Assembly: GCA_964609615.1 (NCBI GenBank)
Contig: CAZSRL010000001.1
Location: 29,875 to 93,510, forward strand
Direction of reading: 5' to 3'
Source of the DNA: an uncultured Muribaculaceae bacterium
GTDB taxonomy: Bacteria > Bacillota_I > Bacilli_A > RF39 > UBA660
DNA: 63,636 bases
The position numbers and the translations under genes were made by a program. The notes under the pieces were generated by a model, which worked only from the letters and a program-made list of their open reading frames with translations, ran no database searches and had not been told where the DNA came from. This document shows, piece by piece, positions 8,026-18,042 of the stretch (the first letter of the stretch is position 1; each line of letters begins with the position of its first letter).

Positions 8026-10154
8026 ACTCTTTTCACTTCTTTCATTTCGTATGCTTGTATAATATCTCCTTCTCTTATATCTGAGTAATTTTCGACTGTA
8101 ATACCGCAATCAAATCCGTTTTTAACTTCTTTTACACTGTCTTTTTCTTTTTGAAGTGAATTTATTTTACCATCAAATAATACTATCGAATCTCTTATTA
8201 CTCTTGCTAAAGAATCTCTTTTTACAATACCACTCACTACATGGCAGCCTGCAATAGTTCCAACTTTAGAAAATTTATAAAGTTTTCTAACTTCAACTTC
8301 TCCAGTTATTTCTTCTTCATATTCTGGATCTAATAATCCTTTCATAGCAAGTTCAATTTCTTCAACAAGTTTATAAATTATATTATAAAGTCTAATGTCA
8401 ACATCATATTCTTTTGCTATTTCCTTTGTTTTGCTATCAGGTATTACATTAAATCCAATAACAATCGCTTCACTAGCATTAGCAAGTACTATATCACTTT
8501 CAGTAATAGCTCCTATGCCACTACGAATAATATTTACTCTAACTCCTTCAACTTCAATCTTTTCAAGCGAGTTTTTAACAGCTTCTTCACTACCTTTAAC
8601 GTCTGCTTTTAACACAATGTTTATTTCTTTTCTTCCTTCTTTTATAGAATCAAATATTTCATCTAAACTTAGTGCTTTTTTAACAAATCTTTTTTTCTTT
8701 TCTTTTTCTTTTCTTTTTTCAGCAATCTTCTTGGCTTCTTTTTCATCTTCAAATGCCATAAATCTATCTCCAGCTACTGGTATTTCATTTAGCCCTGTAA
8801 TTTCAACAGGTGTAGATGGTATAGCAGATACTATATTTTTTCCATTTGAATCTTTTAATGTTCTTACTTTACCATGTGTACTACCTACTACTATTGGATC
8901 TCCAATACGAAGTGTTCCATTTTGAATAAGTAGTGTAGTTATTCCTCCAACACTTTTATCGTGCCTTGATTCAATTACTGTTCCCATTGCATATTTATTA
9001 GGATTCGCTTTTAATTCTAACATTTCTGATAATGCAAGTAAGTTTTCTAATAAAAGTACTACTCCTTCTCCTGTGTGAGCACTTACTTTAACAAATATTG
9101 TATCTCCGCCCCATTCTTCTGGTGTAAGACCTAATTCACTTAATTCACTCATTATTTTATCAACTTGTGCGCCTGGTTTATCAATTTTGTTTACTGCTAC
9201 TACAATTGGAACTCCTGCTGCTTTTGAGTGTTCTATTGCTTCTTTTGTTTGAGGCATCACTCCATCATCTGCTGCAACAATTATAATTACTATATCTGTA
9301 ACACTTGCTCCTCTTGCTCTCATTTCCGTAAATGCAGCATGACCTGGTGTATCTATAAAAGTAATTCTTTTACCTTCATATTCTACTTGATATGCTCCTA
9401 TATGTTGAGTTATTCCACCTGCTTCTCCACTTACTACATGTGACTTTCTTATGTAATCAAGTAAAGTTGTTTTACCATGATCTACATGTCCCATAATTGT
9501 TATAACTGGAGCTCTTTGTATTAAATCTTTTTCATTTTCTTTTACTTCATATTCTTCAAAATTACTTATGTCTGATGCACTTTCTTTACTAAGATTCTTT
9601 TTATATTCTAGACATATAATACTTGCAGTGTCAAAATCAATACTTTCATTTATTGATATCATTAAACCTAAAGACATTAATTTTTGAATAATTTCTGTGT
9701 CTGTAATGTTTAATTCTTGAGCTAATTCTTTAACACTCATACCATCTTTATAAATAATACTATTTTTATCTACTTCTTTTTTATTACTTTGAAGTTTTGT
9801 TTTCTTTTTATATTGAGCTTTCTTTTCTTTTAAGTATTTTTCATTACTATCAGTTTTTTCAACTTCTATTTTCTTTTCTGGTTTCTTTTTTATTTTTTGA
9901 ACATTAACATCTTCAGATTCTATATCATTTTCTTCTATTAAACTTTCAGCTCTTTCATCAAGCTCATCTTCTTGGTCGTATTCTTCATTATTATTTGCTA
10001 ATGTTTCATTAAAACAATTATCTAATATAATAATGTCTTCATCTTCAAGAATATCATTTTCATTATTAACATTTATATCAAATTCTTTTGCTTTTTTTAA
10101 TATTTCTTCTACTGATACATTCATTTCTATTGAATATTCTTTAACATTCATCAT
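8022..10154 (-). CDS. infB: Translation initiation factor IF-2
   Basis: 710 aa. G domain GHVDHGKTTLLD, DTPGH, NKID. Conserved nusA-ylxR-infB-rbfA order. Confidence 0.97.
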   Translation of the reverse strand: MMNVKEYSIEMNVSVEEILKKAKEFDINVNNENDILEDEDIIILDNCFNETLANNNEEYDQEDELDERAESLIEENDIESEDVNVQKIKKKPEKKIEVEKTDSNEKYLKEKKAQYKKKTKLQSNKKEVDKNSIIYKDGMSVKELAQELNITDTEIIQKLMSLGLMISINESIDFDTASIICLEYKKNLSKESASDISNFEEYEVKENEKDLIQRAPVITIMGHVDHGKTTLLDYIRKSHVVSGEAGGITQHIGAYQVEYEGKRITFIDTPGHAAFTEMRARGASVTDIVIIIVAADDGVMPQTKEAIEHSKAAGVPIVVAVNKIDKPGAQVDKIMSELSELGLTPEEWGGDTIFVKVSAHTGEGVVLLLENLLALSEMLELKANPNKYAMGTVIESRHDKSVGGITTLLIQNGTLRIGDPIVVGSTHGKVRTLKDSNGKNIVSAIPSTPVEITGLNEIPVAGDRFMAFEDEKEAKKIAEKRKEKEKKKRFVKKALSLDEIFDSIKEGRKEINIVLKADVKGSEEAVKNSLEKIEVEGVRVNIIRSGIGAITESDIVLANASEAIVIGFNVIPDSKTKEIAKEYDVDIRLYNIIYKLVEEIELAMKGLLDPEYEEEITGEVEVRKLYKFSKVGTIAGCHVVSGIVKRDSLARVIRDSIVLFDGKINSLQKEKDSVKEVKNGFDCGITVENYSDIREGDIIQAYEMKEVKRV

Positions 10155-10170
10155 AATATCACCTCTATTT

Positions 10171-10431
10171 CTATTTTATTAAATCTAATAACTTATTATA
10201 AATATCATCTGGTATTTGTTTTTCTAAATATCTTTCTAATATTTTAGTTTTTTTTGCTTTATTTATTACACTTTCTTCTTTTTTTAAATAACATCCTCTA
10301 CCGTTTTGCTTTCCAGTTTCATCAATTACTATTTCTCCATCTGGAGTTCTTAATATTCTAATTAATTCTTTCTTTTCAAATTTTTCCTTTGTTACCACAC
10401 AAGTTCTCATTGGAATTTTTTTATTTTTCAT
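10171..10431 (-). CDS. ylxR: YlxR/RnpM family RNA-binding protein (DUF448)
   Basis: PMRTCVVTKEKFEKKELIRI...GKQNGRGCYL matches the YlxR signature. Lies between nusA and infB. Confidence 0.85.
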   Translation of the reverse strand: MKNKKIPMRTCVVTKEKFEKKELIRILRTPDGEIVIDETGKQNGRGCYLKKEESVINKAKKTKILERYLEKQIPDDIYNKLLDLIK

Positions 10432-11491
10432 TTATTTCTTCGTTTATTTCTTTCATTGTTTTTATATTGATTTGATGTTTAGTAAGTCTACTAGCAAGTT
10501 TTATATTTATTCCTTTTTTTCCTATTGCTAAACTTAGATTTTCTTCATCCGCAATAGCAAGAACTTCATGGTCTTTTTCTGAAACTAAATTAATTATTAA
10601 GTTTTTAGCAGGACTTAATGCATTTTTTATATATTGTTCTATATCATCATTATAAAGAATTAAATCTACTTTTTCTCCATTTAATTCCTTTATTATATTT
10701 GCGATACGAGATCCTTTTTCTCCAATACATGCTCCTATAGGATCAATTTTTGAATCAGTTGATGAAATTGAAACTTTACTTCTTACTCCAGCTTCACGAG
10801 CAACTCCATGCATTAATAAAATACCTTCTTTAAATTCTGGTATTTCAATTTCAAATAGTCTTTTTACAAATCCAAAATGTTTACGACTAACTAAAATAAG
10901 AGGCCCTTTTGTAGTACTTTCAACTTTAGTAATATATACTTTAATACTAGTACCCATTCTTAATTTTTCACCTGGTATTATTTCTGTTTTAGGAAGTATT
11001 GCTCTTGTTTTACCTAAATCTACATAATAATTTCTTGCATCTTCCATTGCAAGAAAACCTACCATCATTTCATTTTCTTTATCACTAAATTCATTCATGA
11101 CGTTTTCTCTTTCAGCTTCTCTAATCTTTTGCATAACAACTTGTTTAGCTGCTCCTGCAGCAACTCTTCCAAAGTCTTTTGGAGTAACTTCTTCTAAAAT
11201 AGTATCTCCTACTTTTATTTTTTTATCTTTTTCTTTTGCTTCATCTAGTAAAAGATATGTTTTTATTTCACTTTCTTCATCTGGTTCTTCAGATAATACT
11301 GTGTATACTTTAAATATTTTAATATTTCCAGTTTTAACATCAACATCTACTTTAACATCAGCATTTTCCCCAAAATTCTTTTTATATGCAGTTGCAAGTG
11401 CTGCTTGCATTGCATCAACTACTATATTTTGGTCAATCCCCTTTTCTTCTACTATAAAATCAAGCGCTTTTTTAAATTCACTAGCGTTCAT
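10421..11491 (-). CDS. nusA: Transcription termination/antitermination factor NusA
   Basis: N-terminal domain, S1 and two KH regions. The track start 11500 is a GTG. ATG 11491 (MNASEFKKALDFIVEEKGI) aligns better with known NusA N-termini. Confidence 0.95.
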   Translation of the reverse strand: MNASEFKKALDFIVEEKGIDQNIVVDAMQAALATAYKKNFGENADVKVDVDVKTGNIKIFKVYTVLSEEPDEESEIKTYLLLDEAKEKDKKIKVGDTILEEVTPKDFGRVAAGAAKQVVMQKIREAERENVMNEFSDKENEMMVGFLAMEDARNYYVDLGKTRAILPKTEIIPGEKLRMGTSIKVYITKVESTTKGPLILVSRKHFGFVKRLFEIEIPEFKEGILLMHGVAREAGVRSKVSISSTDSKIDPIGACIGEKGSRIANIIKELNGEKVDLILYNDDIEQYIKNALSPAKNLIINLVSEKDHEVLAIADEENLSLAIGKKGINIKLASRLTKHQINIKTMKEINEEINEK

Positions 11492-11729
11492 TATTTCCAC
11501 TTACCTTTCCTGATACATCTAAAACATATTCTTCTTTAATTAAATCTAATTTATCAATTATTGGATTAATTATTTTAGTTGCTTTTACTGTCATTTTTAA
11601 ATCAACAACATCACTATTTACTACAATAAATAATGTCCTTTGCCCATCTTCTTCTCCAAAATAAATATCATCTACTTCTATATTTTCTTTTAGAAGAGGT
11701 TCTTTTATCTCAGCTTTTATTTTTTCCAA
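11481..11729 (-). CDS. rimP: Ribosome maturation factor RimP, N-terminal domain only (short form)
   Basis: The 82-aa ORF matches the RimP N-domain up to the YxLEVSSPG position (here YVLDVSGKV) and then ends inside nusA. The track start is a TTG 20 nt from the SD. An in-frame ATT at 11741-11739 sits 8 nt after GGAGG. Confidence 0.6.
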   Translation of the reverse strand: MEKIKAEIKEPLLKENIEVDDIYFGEEDGQRTLFIVVNSDVVDLKMTVKATKIINPIIDKLDLIKEEYVLDVSGKVSGNNER

Positions 11730-11766
11730 TTCTGTTTTAATTTAAAACACCTCCTAACAAAATTTA

Positions 11767-11789
11767 AAGAGTGGGAAACTCCCACTCTT
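11767..11789 (-). terminator. Rho-independent terminator after the 220-aa hypothetical gene
   Basis: aagagtggga aac tcccactctt is a 10-bp GC-containing stem. On the minus strand it is followed by TTTAAATTTTGTT. Confidence 0.55.
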
Positions 11790-11838
11790 CGTTGCTTAAT
11801 ATATTATAGCAAATACAACTCTAATACACAAGTAAAAC

Positions 11839-12501
11839 TTACCTAGTCATTTTTGATTTATTATAAAACTTTTCATAAAGTTCTTTACAAAATACATCTT
11901 TATACTTATATTCTTCTAAAAACTCTTCAAGTCCAGGTCTTCTATTTTTTTCTTCTTGAGTAATATCACTATATTCCAACTTTGGATATTTTATTTTATT
12001 AATTATTTTTATTTGATAATAATCAGTTAAACTAAATTCTTCTTCATCTTTTCGTTGAAGAATTATAACATGTGTATCTCCTTCATATAATACTATTGGT
12101 AAATCTCTATCAATTCTATAATCAGTTATTGCTGTTTGAAAATCAGTATCAGGGTCCATTATTCTTCCCCATTTACCAACAAATTCAGATGTTTTAATAA
12201 AATCATATAATGTAATAAATTTTTCTTTTAATTCTTCATCTGTAACGTTTAACATGGAAAATTCATTAAATGTTTCTACATTATAATAGTTTATATTTTG
12301 TAATGTTAAACTACCATTTTTATCTTTAATGCATATTAAAAATTCATCCATATGTTCAGTATTTATATCTCCTGGGATTTTTACTTTATATTTTTCTCCT
12401 TTAGATAGTTTATTGCCAATAATATTATGTAATTGTGCTTCTTCTAAAGTATATTTATCAGGTTTTATTTTTATGTAGATATTTTTTTCTCTATTTTCCA
12501 T
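11839..12501 (-). CDS. Hypothetical protein (220 aa), no family recognised
   Basis: Long ORF with ATG and a GAGGAG SD. Acidic and soluble-looking, with no motif I can name. Confidence 0.5.
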   Translation of the reverse strand: MENREKNIYIKIKPDKYTLEEAQLHNIIGNKLSKGEKYKVKIPGDINTEHMDEFLICIKDKNGSLTLQNINYYNVETFNEFSMLNVTDEELKEKFITLYDFIKTSEFVGKWGRIMDPDTDFQTAITDYRIDRDLPIVLYEGDTHVIILQRKDEEEFSLTDYYQIKIINKIKYPKLEYSDITQEEKNRRPGLEEFLEEYKYKDVFCKELYEKFYNKSKMTR

Positions 12502-12582
12502 ATAATTCTCCTCAATTATATTATATTATTAAATACTTTATAAATCAAATAAAAAAAGAATTGTAAAATTCTTAATTTGAAT

Positions 12583-12659
12583 TGGTAGCGGCGGAGAGAC
12601 TTGAACTCTCAACCTCACGGGTATGAACCGTGCACTCTAGCCAGTTGAGCTACACCGCC
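12583..12659 (-). tRNA. tRNA-Met (anticodon CAT), elongator-like, CCA encoded
   Basis: The reverse complement reads GGCGGTGTAGCTCAACTGGCTAGAGTGCACGGTTCATACCCGTGAGGTTGAGAGTTCAAGTCTCTCCGCCGCTACCA. Cloverleaf arms close, and the anticodon loop is TTCATAC. I cannot exclude tRNA-Ile2 (lysidine) from sequence alone. Confidence 0.9.
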
Positions 12660-12708
12660 ATGTGCTACTTAATATTAACAAAAAAATAACACTTTTTCAA
12701 GTATTATT

Positions 12709-13083
12709 TTAAATCCATCTAGGAATATAAATATTTCTTGTGTAACCTTCTGTATATTTGTTAAATAATTCTATTAATTTATTAACAACATAATTAATAA
12801 CATTTTTTACATCAGATGATACTTTTATATGTATGATTTCTTTTTTTATTTCACCTCTAAAGTGAAAATCATCCATATATTTTTTTAATAATTCATCTAT
12901 CTTTTTTAATTGTTCTATTTGTGTTTTATCATTTAAGTCAACATTAAAAACAAATTCTTCATATATCTTAATAAGTCTATTTGTTATGTTGTCTCCTTCA
13001 TAAAAATCACAATCAATAATCTTATTAAAATTAGGACAATAATCAAGTATTTTTTTGTTATAATAAAAACTATTTTTCATCAT
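12709..13083 (-). CDS. Hypothetical protein (~124 aa), no family recognised
   Basis: ORF-track 12709..13095. The first ATG is part of ATGGAGGATGATATGATG, so the GGAGG more likely serves the ATG at 13083 or 13080. Confidence 0.45.
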   Translation of the reverse strand: MMKNSFYYNKKILDYCPNFNKIIDCDFYEGDNITNRLIKIYEEFVFNVDLNDKTQIEQLKKIDELLKKYMDDFHFRGEIKKEIIHIKVSSDVKNVINYVVNKLIELFNKYTEGYTRNIYIPRWI

Positions 13084-13126
13084 ATCATCCTCCATAATAT
13101 TATTTTATATTATAAGTATTAGTTTG

Positions 13127-14176
13127 TCAAAACAAATTGAGTATATCATTATAAGTTACAAACAACATTAATAATATAAGTAATAAAAATCCAAATGCAT
13201 TAAGAAAACTTTCAATGTTAGGATTAATTTTAGAGCCTTTTATCTTTTCAATTATTATGAGTAAAATTCTACCACCGTCAAATACTGGGATTGGTATCAA
13301 ATTAATAATAGCAACATTAACACTCAAAAACGCTATTAAATATAATAAACTTTCCATTCCACTTGCTTTTACATTATCAATTACAGAAAACATTCCAACA
13401 GGTCCACTAAGTTTATTCATAGCAACTTTTCCTGTGAATAATTTCTCTAATATATCTCCAATTGAATTAATCATGCTAACAAATTTTGTTCCGGTATATT
13501 CTAAAGCAGGAATAACACCGTATTCTTTTTTTGTGCTAACAGAGATTCCGAATACATATTTTTCATCTCCATCTTTTTTTATTTTTTTTGGATAAACATT
13601 TGTATATTCAGTTGTTCCATCTTCTCTTTGTATTTCAAATAAATAGTTCTTTTTTACATTTTTTACATTAAGTTCTAGTACTATTTCATCCCAAGAAGAT
13701 ATTTTTTTATTATCTATGCTTAATATTAAATCATTTTTTTTGATTCCAGCAACATATGCTGGATAATCTTTTAATACACTACCAACAACAGGTTTTGTTT
13801 CTGGAGAACCAAATATTAATCCACTTGCGAAAAGAATTAATAATGCTAAAATAAGATTCATTACAATACCTGCTAGTAAAACAACTATTTTTTCAATAAA
13901 TGTTTTATTCTCTAGTATTTGATTCTTTTTTAACTTAGTATTAGTTCCTCTTTCATTAGCCATTGAAACATATCCTCCAACAGCAAACAGTCTTAATGTG
14001 TATTCTGTTTCATCATTCTTTCTTTTAAAAGAAAATATTTTAGGACCCATTCCTAAACAAAATTCATATACATATATTCCTCTTTTTTTAGCAACTAAAA
14101 AATGTCCAAACTCATGTATAGATATTAAGATTCCTAAAATTACAAATAAAATTATTAATGTTATTATAAAATTCAT
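13127..14176 (-). CDS. rseP: RIP metalloprotease RseP/RasP (site-2 protease, M50)
   Basis: HEFGHF zinc motif in TM1, a central PDZ-like region, and NLIPIPVFDGG near the C-terminus. Confidence 0.9.
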   Translation of the reverse strand: MNFIITLIILFVILGILISIHEFGHFLVAKKRGIYVYEFCLGMGPKIFSFKRKNDETEYTLRLFAVGGYVSMANERGTNTKLKKNQILENKTFIEKIVVLLAGIVMNLILALLILFASGLIFGSPETKPVVGSVLKDYPAYVAGIKKNDLILSIDNKKISSWDEIVLELNVKNVKKNYLFEIQREDGTTEYTNVYPKKIKKDGDEKYVFGISVSTKKEYGVIPALEYTGTKFVSMINSIGDILEKLFTGKVAMNKLSGPVGMFSVIDNVKASGMESLLYLIAFLSVNVAIINLIPIPVFDGGRILLIIIEKIKGSKINPNIESFLNAFGFLLLILLMLFVTYNDILNLF

Positions 14177-14187
14177 AAATTATCCCC

Positions 14188-14982
14188 TTATAAAAAGTAT
14201 GATACAAAACTAAATGCTAGCATAACAAATAATATGCTATCTAATCTATCTAATGCTCCCCCATGTCCTGGCATAATATTTGAAAAATCTTTTGTATTGT
14301 AATATCTCTTAATTGAAGAGAATACTAAATCTCCCATTTGACCAACTATACTTAATAAAGTAACAATTGCTATTAAAATAAATATATTTCCAGTAAAACT
14401 AAATGCTGTTATATAAAAAACTGTACTTATAAATACACCTAAAATAGTTCCTCCTAAAAAACCTTCCCATGTTTTATTAGGAGATATACTAGGAACCATT
14501 TTATGTTTCCCTATTAATCGACCAGTAACATATGCAAAAATATCAGTAAACATTGTTAATAATAATAAGAATATTAAATAATTTAAATCAAATTCTCTTA
14601 CTACAATTAAATAATTAAATGCAGTCCCTAAAAAGAATATAACTCCAATTATAAATAAAGCATCTGAGATATTATATCTTTTATTATTGTGATAAAACAC
14701 AAGTGGTAATAATATTAAAAACAATATTAATGTTATCACTCTATAATCAATTACAAAACCATCACCAGATCCAGCTGTTAAAATTAAGGCTAGCATTGAA
14801 ATCATTCCAACTATTCTAATTAATAATGGTGTTTTCTTTTCTTTATCTTTTAATCTAGATATTTCCCAGTAACCTATAAGACCTATTGCTGCTACTGCAA
14901 GTTTAAATACGATTCCTCCTATAAAAATTATTGGTACAAGTATTATCAATGCTACAATAGCACTTATAACTCTTTGTTTCAT
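14188..14982 (-). CDS. cdsA: Phosphatidate cytidylyltransferase
   Basis: Polytopic protein with SPNKTWEGFLGG and GHGGALDRLDS motifs. Conserved cdsA-rseP adjacency. Confidence 0.9.
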   Translation of the reverse strand: MKQRVISAIVALIILVPIIFIGGIVFKLAVAAIGLIGYWEISRLKDKEKKTPLLIRIVGMISMLALILTAGSGDGFVIDYRVITLILFLILLPLVFYHNNKRYNISDALFIIGVIFFLGTAFNYLIVVREFDLNYLIFLLLLTMFTDIFAYVTGRLIGKHKMVPSISPNKTWEGFLGGTILGVFISTVFYITAFSFTGNIFILIAIVTLLSIVGQMGDLVFSSIKRYYNTKDFSNIMPGHGGALDRLDSILFVMLAFSFVSYFL

Positions 14983-15057
14983 TTACTTCACCTACTCTTA
15001 ATTCATTATATCATAAAAAAAATAATATTAGAATAAAATCATCACTTTTATGATGAT

Positions 15058-17964
15058 TTATTTTATAATTACTATATTATTAATTATTAACTGATAAGTA
15101 TCCATTCTTTTTTCAACTTTAGCAGTTAGTTTTAATATATTTCCTTTTTTAATATCTTTATTTTTTTCATAAACATCTGGAAATAATACACATTCTATAT
15201 TTTTATATTCATCACTTACTGTTAGAAATGACATTCTTTTGTTATTTTTTGTATTTATTGATTTTACATTATCTACAAATACTATAACATTTACTATTTT
15301 ATCAAAATAGTTTTCAATATCTTTTAATAAAACAAAACCATCTCTTTTATATTTAGTAACTGGATGAGTACTTAAATAAAAACCATATAATTCATATTCT
15401 TTATTCATTAATTCTTCTATTGGATATTCATCTACTTGTTTTATTTCTGGTTTTAATATTAAATTTTGATCAATATCTTTTACTAATTCAGCATAGTTTA
15501 TCATTTCATCTATACTTTCATATAAAGTTTTTTTTGTATATCCAAATAAATCTAATGAAGATGAGTCAATTATACTTTCAATTGTTTTTTTATTTACACT
15601 TTTTCCATAGACTCTTGATATAAAATCTGCGTAGTCTGTATATAATCCGTTTTTTCTTTGTTCAATTATTAATTTATTAGCTTCTATTCCTACATTTTTT
15701 ATAATTGATAATGGACATATTATATCATTTCCCTCAACTGTATAGTTTAGGTTGCTTTTATTTATATTTGGTTTTATTATATTAAGCTTTAATATTTTAG
15801 CTTCATCTATATATTCCTTTGTTTTTATAGTACTACCTACTGCGTTATTTAATAAATTAGCCATATAATAACTTTTGTAATGTACTTTTAAATAAGCCAT
15901 ATAATAACTTATTACTGCATAACTTACAGCATGACTTTTATTAAAACCATAGCCTGCGAATTTTAAAATTAAGTCATATAAGCGAATTGCTTTTTCTTTT
16001 TGAATATCTTTTTTTATACATCTATTTACAAAGTTTTCTTTTTCGCTAAGAATAACACTTTCTTTCTTTTTGCTCATAGCTCTTCTTATATTATCAGCCT
16101 CTGAGTAAGTATATCCGCCTATTTTTCTAAGTATTTCTAATATTTGTTCTTGATATATTATTATTCCATATGTATCTTTTAATATTTCTTCAAGTTCAGG
16201 AAGTAAATAATTTATTTTTTCTTTTCCTTCCTTCCTTCTTATATATGTATCTATATTATCTCTAGGACCAGGTCTATATAATGCTAAGGCAGCAACTATA
16301 TCATTAAAGTTTTTAATTTTTAATTTTTTTAAAAATGCTTTCATACCATTACTTTCAAGTTGAAATATTCCAACAGTTAATACATTATTAAATAACTTTA
16401 TTGTTTGTTCATCATTAAATGGTATTGTACTTAAATTTATTTTTTTATTTTCATTTTCCTCTATTAATTTTAATACATTATCTATTATAGTTAAGTTTTT
16501 AAGTGCTAAAAAGTCCATTTTTAATAGCCCTAGTCTTTCTAAATATTCCATACTAAAACTAGTGAGTATATTATTTCCACTTTTATATAAAGGCATTTTT
16601 TCTACTAATTCATTATCACTTAAAACAACACCTGCTGCATGTATGCTTGTATGTCTTTTTAATCCTTCTAGTTTTAAACATATTTTTAATAACTGTTTAT
16701 ATTCTTTTTTACTATTTATTAAAGAAACAAAGTTTTTATTATTTATTAAATCACTTAATGTTTCTTTATCTTTAATAAATTTTGTTATTTTATCTGACTC
16801 ACTTATTTCAATTTCAAGTACTCTTGCTACATCTCTAATTACTTGTTTAGGAAGAAGCGTTCCAAATGTAATTATATTTGCAACATATTTTTCTCCATAT
16901 TTCCCTCTAACATATTCTATTACTTCATCTCTTCTTAAATATTCAAAGTCACAATCAATATCAGGCATACTAACTCTATCAGGATTAAGAAATCTTTCAA
17001 ATATTAAATTATATTTTATTGGATCTATTTCTGTTATTCCAAGACAGTAACTTACTAAAGAACCCGCAGCGCTTCCTCTTCCTGGCCCTACTACTATATT
17101 ATTTTTTTTAGCATATAATATAAAGTCGTATACTATTAAAAAGTAATCAACATATCCCATATTTTCTATTACTTCTAATTCATATTTAAGTCTTTGAACA
17201 TATTCACTTTTTACATTATTATTAAATCTTTTATTTAAACCTTTTTTACATAAACTTCTTAATAAAGTGTTACTATCTTTTGAATATATAGGTAATTTAA
17301 ATTCATATTTTGGCAATTCTATATTAATGTCTTTTATAAACTTATTAGTAGTTTCTATATCAAAAGCATCTAGTTCTAAATTAAAGTATGAGTTATTAAA
17401 GTTATAATTATTATCTGAGTTAATAGTTTTACCATCTTTTATCATATATAGATAATTTAAATACTCAGTGTCTTCTTTTATTAAGCATAATACATCTTTC
17501 ATATAAACAATATTTCTTGTTAATAACAATGCATTTGTTTTTTCGGTATTATTTTTATAACTAATGTATGTGTTTTTAAAAATATTATTTATTTGTTTAT
17601 AATCCTTTAATGATTCGTAAAATAAAATACATTTTAAATTATCTTTATTATTATTAATATAATCTAAAGATAATTCCCCTAAGTTTTTTTCAGTTACTAT
17701 TTTGTATAAGTTTTGAAGTCCTTTATAATCAGTAGCATATATATTAAATTTTATATTATCTATTTCTAAACTAGTTCCAATAATAGGTTTTATATTATTT
17801 TCTATACATTTATCATAGAAGTTAATTGTATCAAACATATTTGAATCAGTAATAGCTAAAGAAAGTAAATTATTTTTTTTAGCAAATAAAATTAAATCAT
17901 CTAATTTAATTAAACTTGATAATAATTCATAATTTGTTTTTAAATTAAGTGCTACATAATTCAT
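15058..17964 (-). CDS. dnaE: DNA polymerase III alpha subunit, DnaE type
   Basis: N-terminal PHP domain, GLLKMDFLALKNL and GYGFNKSHA motifs, C-terminal OB-like region. No inserted exonuclease, so not PolC. I start at ATG 17964 (MNYVALNLKTNYE), 8 nt after GGAGG. The track start 17997 is further upstream. Confidence 0.92.
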   Translation of the reverse strand: MNYVALNLKTNYELLSSLIKLDDLILFAKKNNLLSLAITDSNMFDTINFYDKCIENNIKPIIGTSLEIDNIKFNIYATDYKGLQNLYKIVTEKNLGELSLDYINNNKDNLKCILFYESLKDYKQINNIFKNTYISYKNNTEKTNALLLTRNIVYMKDVLCLIKEDTEYLNYLYMIKDGKTINSDNNYNFNNSYFNLELDAFDIETTNKFIKDINIELPKYEFKLPIYSKDSNTLLRSLCKKGLNKRFNNNVKSEYVQRLKYELEVIENMGYVDYFLIVYDFILYAKKNNIVVGPGRGSAAGSLVSYCLGITEIDPIKYNLIFERFLNPDRVSMPDIDCDFEYLRRDEVIEYVRGKYGEKYVANIITFGTLLPKQVIRDVARVLEIEISESDKITKFIKDKETLSDLINNKNFVSLINSKKEYKQLLKICLKLEGLKRHTSIHAAGVVLSDNELVEKMPLYKSGNNILTSFSMEYLERLGLLKMDFLALKNLTIIDNVLKLIEENENKKINLSTIPFNDEQTIKLFNNVLTVGIFQLESNGMKAFLKKLKIKNFNDIVAALALYRPGPRDNIDTYIRRKEGKEKINYLLPELEEILKDTYGIIIYQEQILEILRKIGGYTYSEADNIRRAMSKKKESVILSEKENFVNRCIKKDIQKEKAIRLYDLILKFAGYGFNKSHAVSYAVISYYMAYLKVHYKSYYMANLLNNAVGSTIKTKEYIDEAKILKLNIIKPNINKSNLNYTVEGNDIICPLSIIKNVGIEANKLIIEQRKNGLYTDYADFISRVYGKSVNKKTIESIIDSSSLDLFGYTKKTLYESIDEMINYAELVKDIDQNLILKPEIKQVDEYPIEELMNKEYELYGFYLSTHPVTKYKRDGFVLLKDIENYFDKIVNVIVFVDNVKSINTKNNKRMSFLTVSDEYKNIECVLFPDVYEKNKDIKKGNILKLTAKVEKRMDTYQLIINNIVIIK

Positions 17965-18042
17965 AAAATGTTCCTCCATAATAAAATTATAACACAAGGT
18001 AAAGTTTTAAAACATTTTTTTAATAAAAAAATAGTAATTAAA

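Noticed and set aside
12502-13126. tRNA-Met-associated genomic island or prophage attachment site
   Set aside because: No integrase, recombinase or duplicated tRNA 3' end is visible on either side. Only two small unknown genes are present. I kept it only as a low-interest synteny note.
15058-17964. Whether the ~970-aa polymerase is PolC
   Set aside because: It has no inserted 3'-5' exonuclease domain and is far shorter than PolC's ~1400 aa. The PHP-polymerase-OB order fits DnaE.
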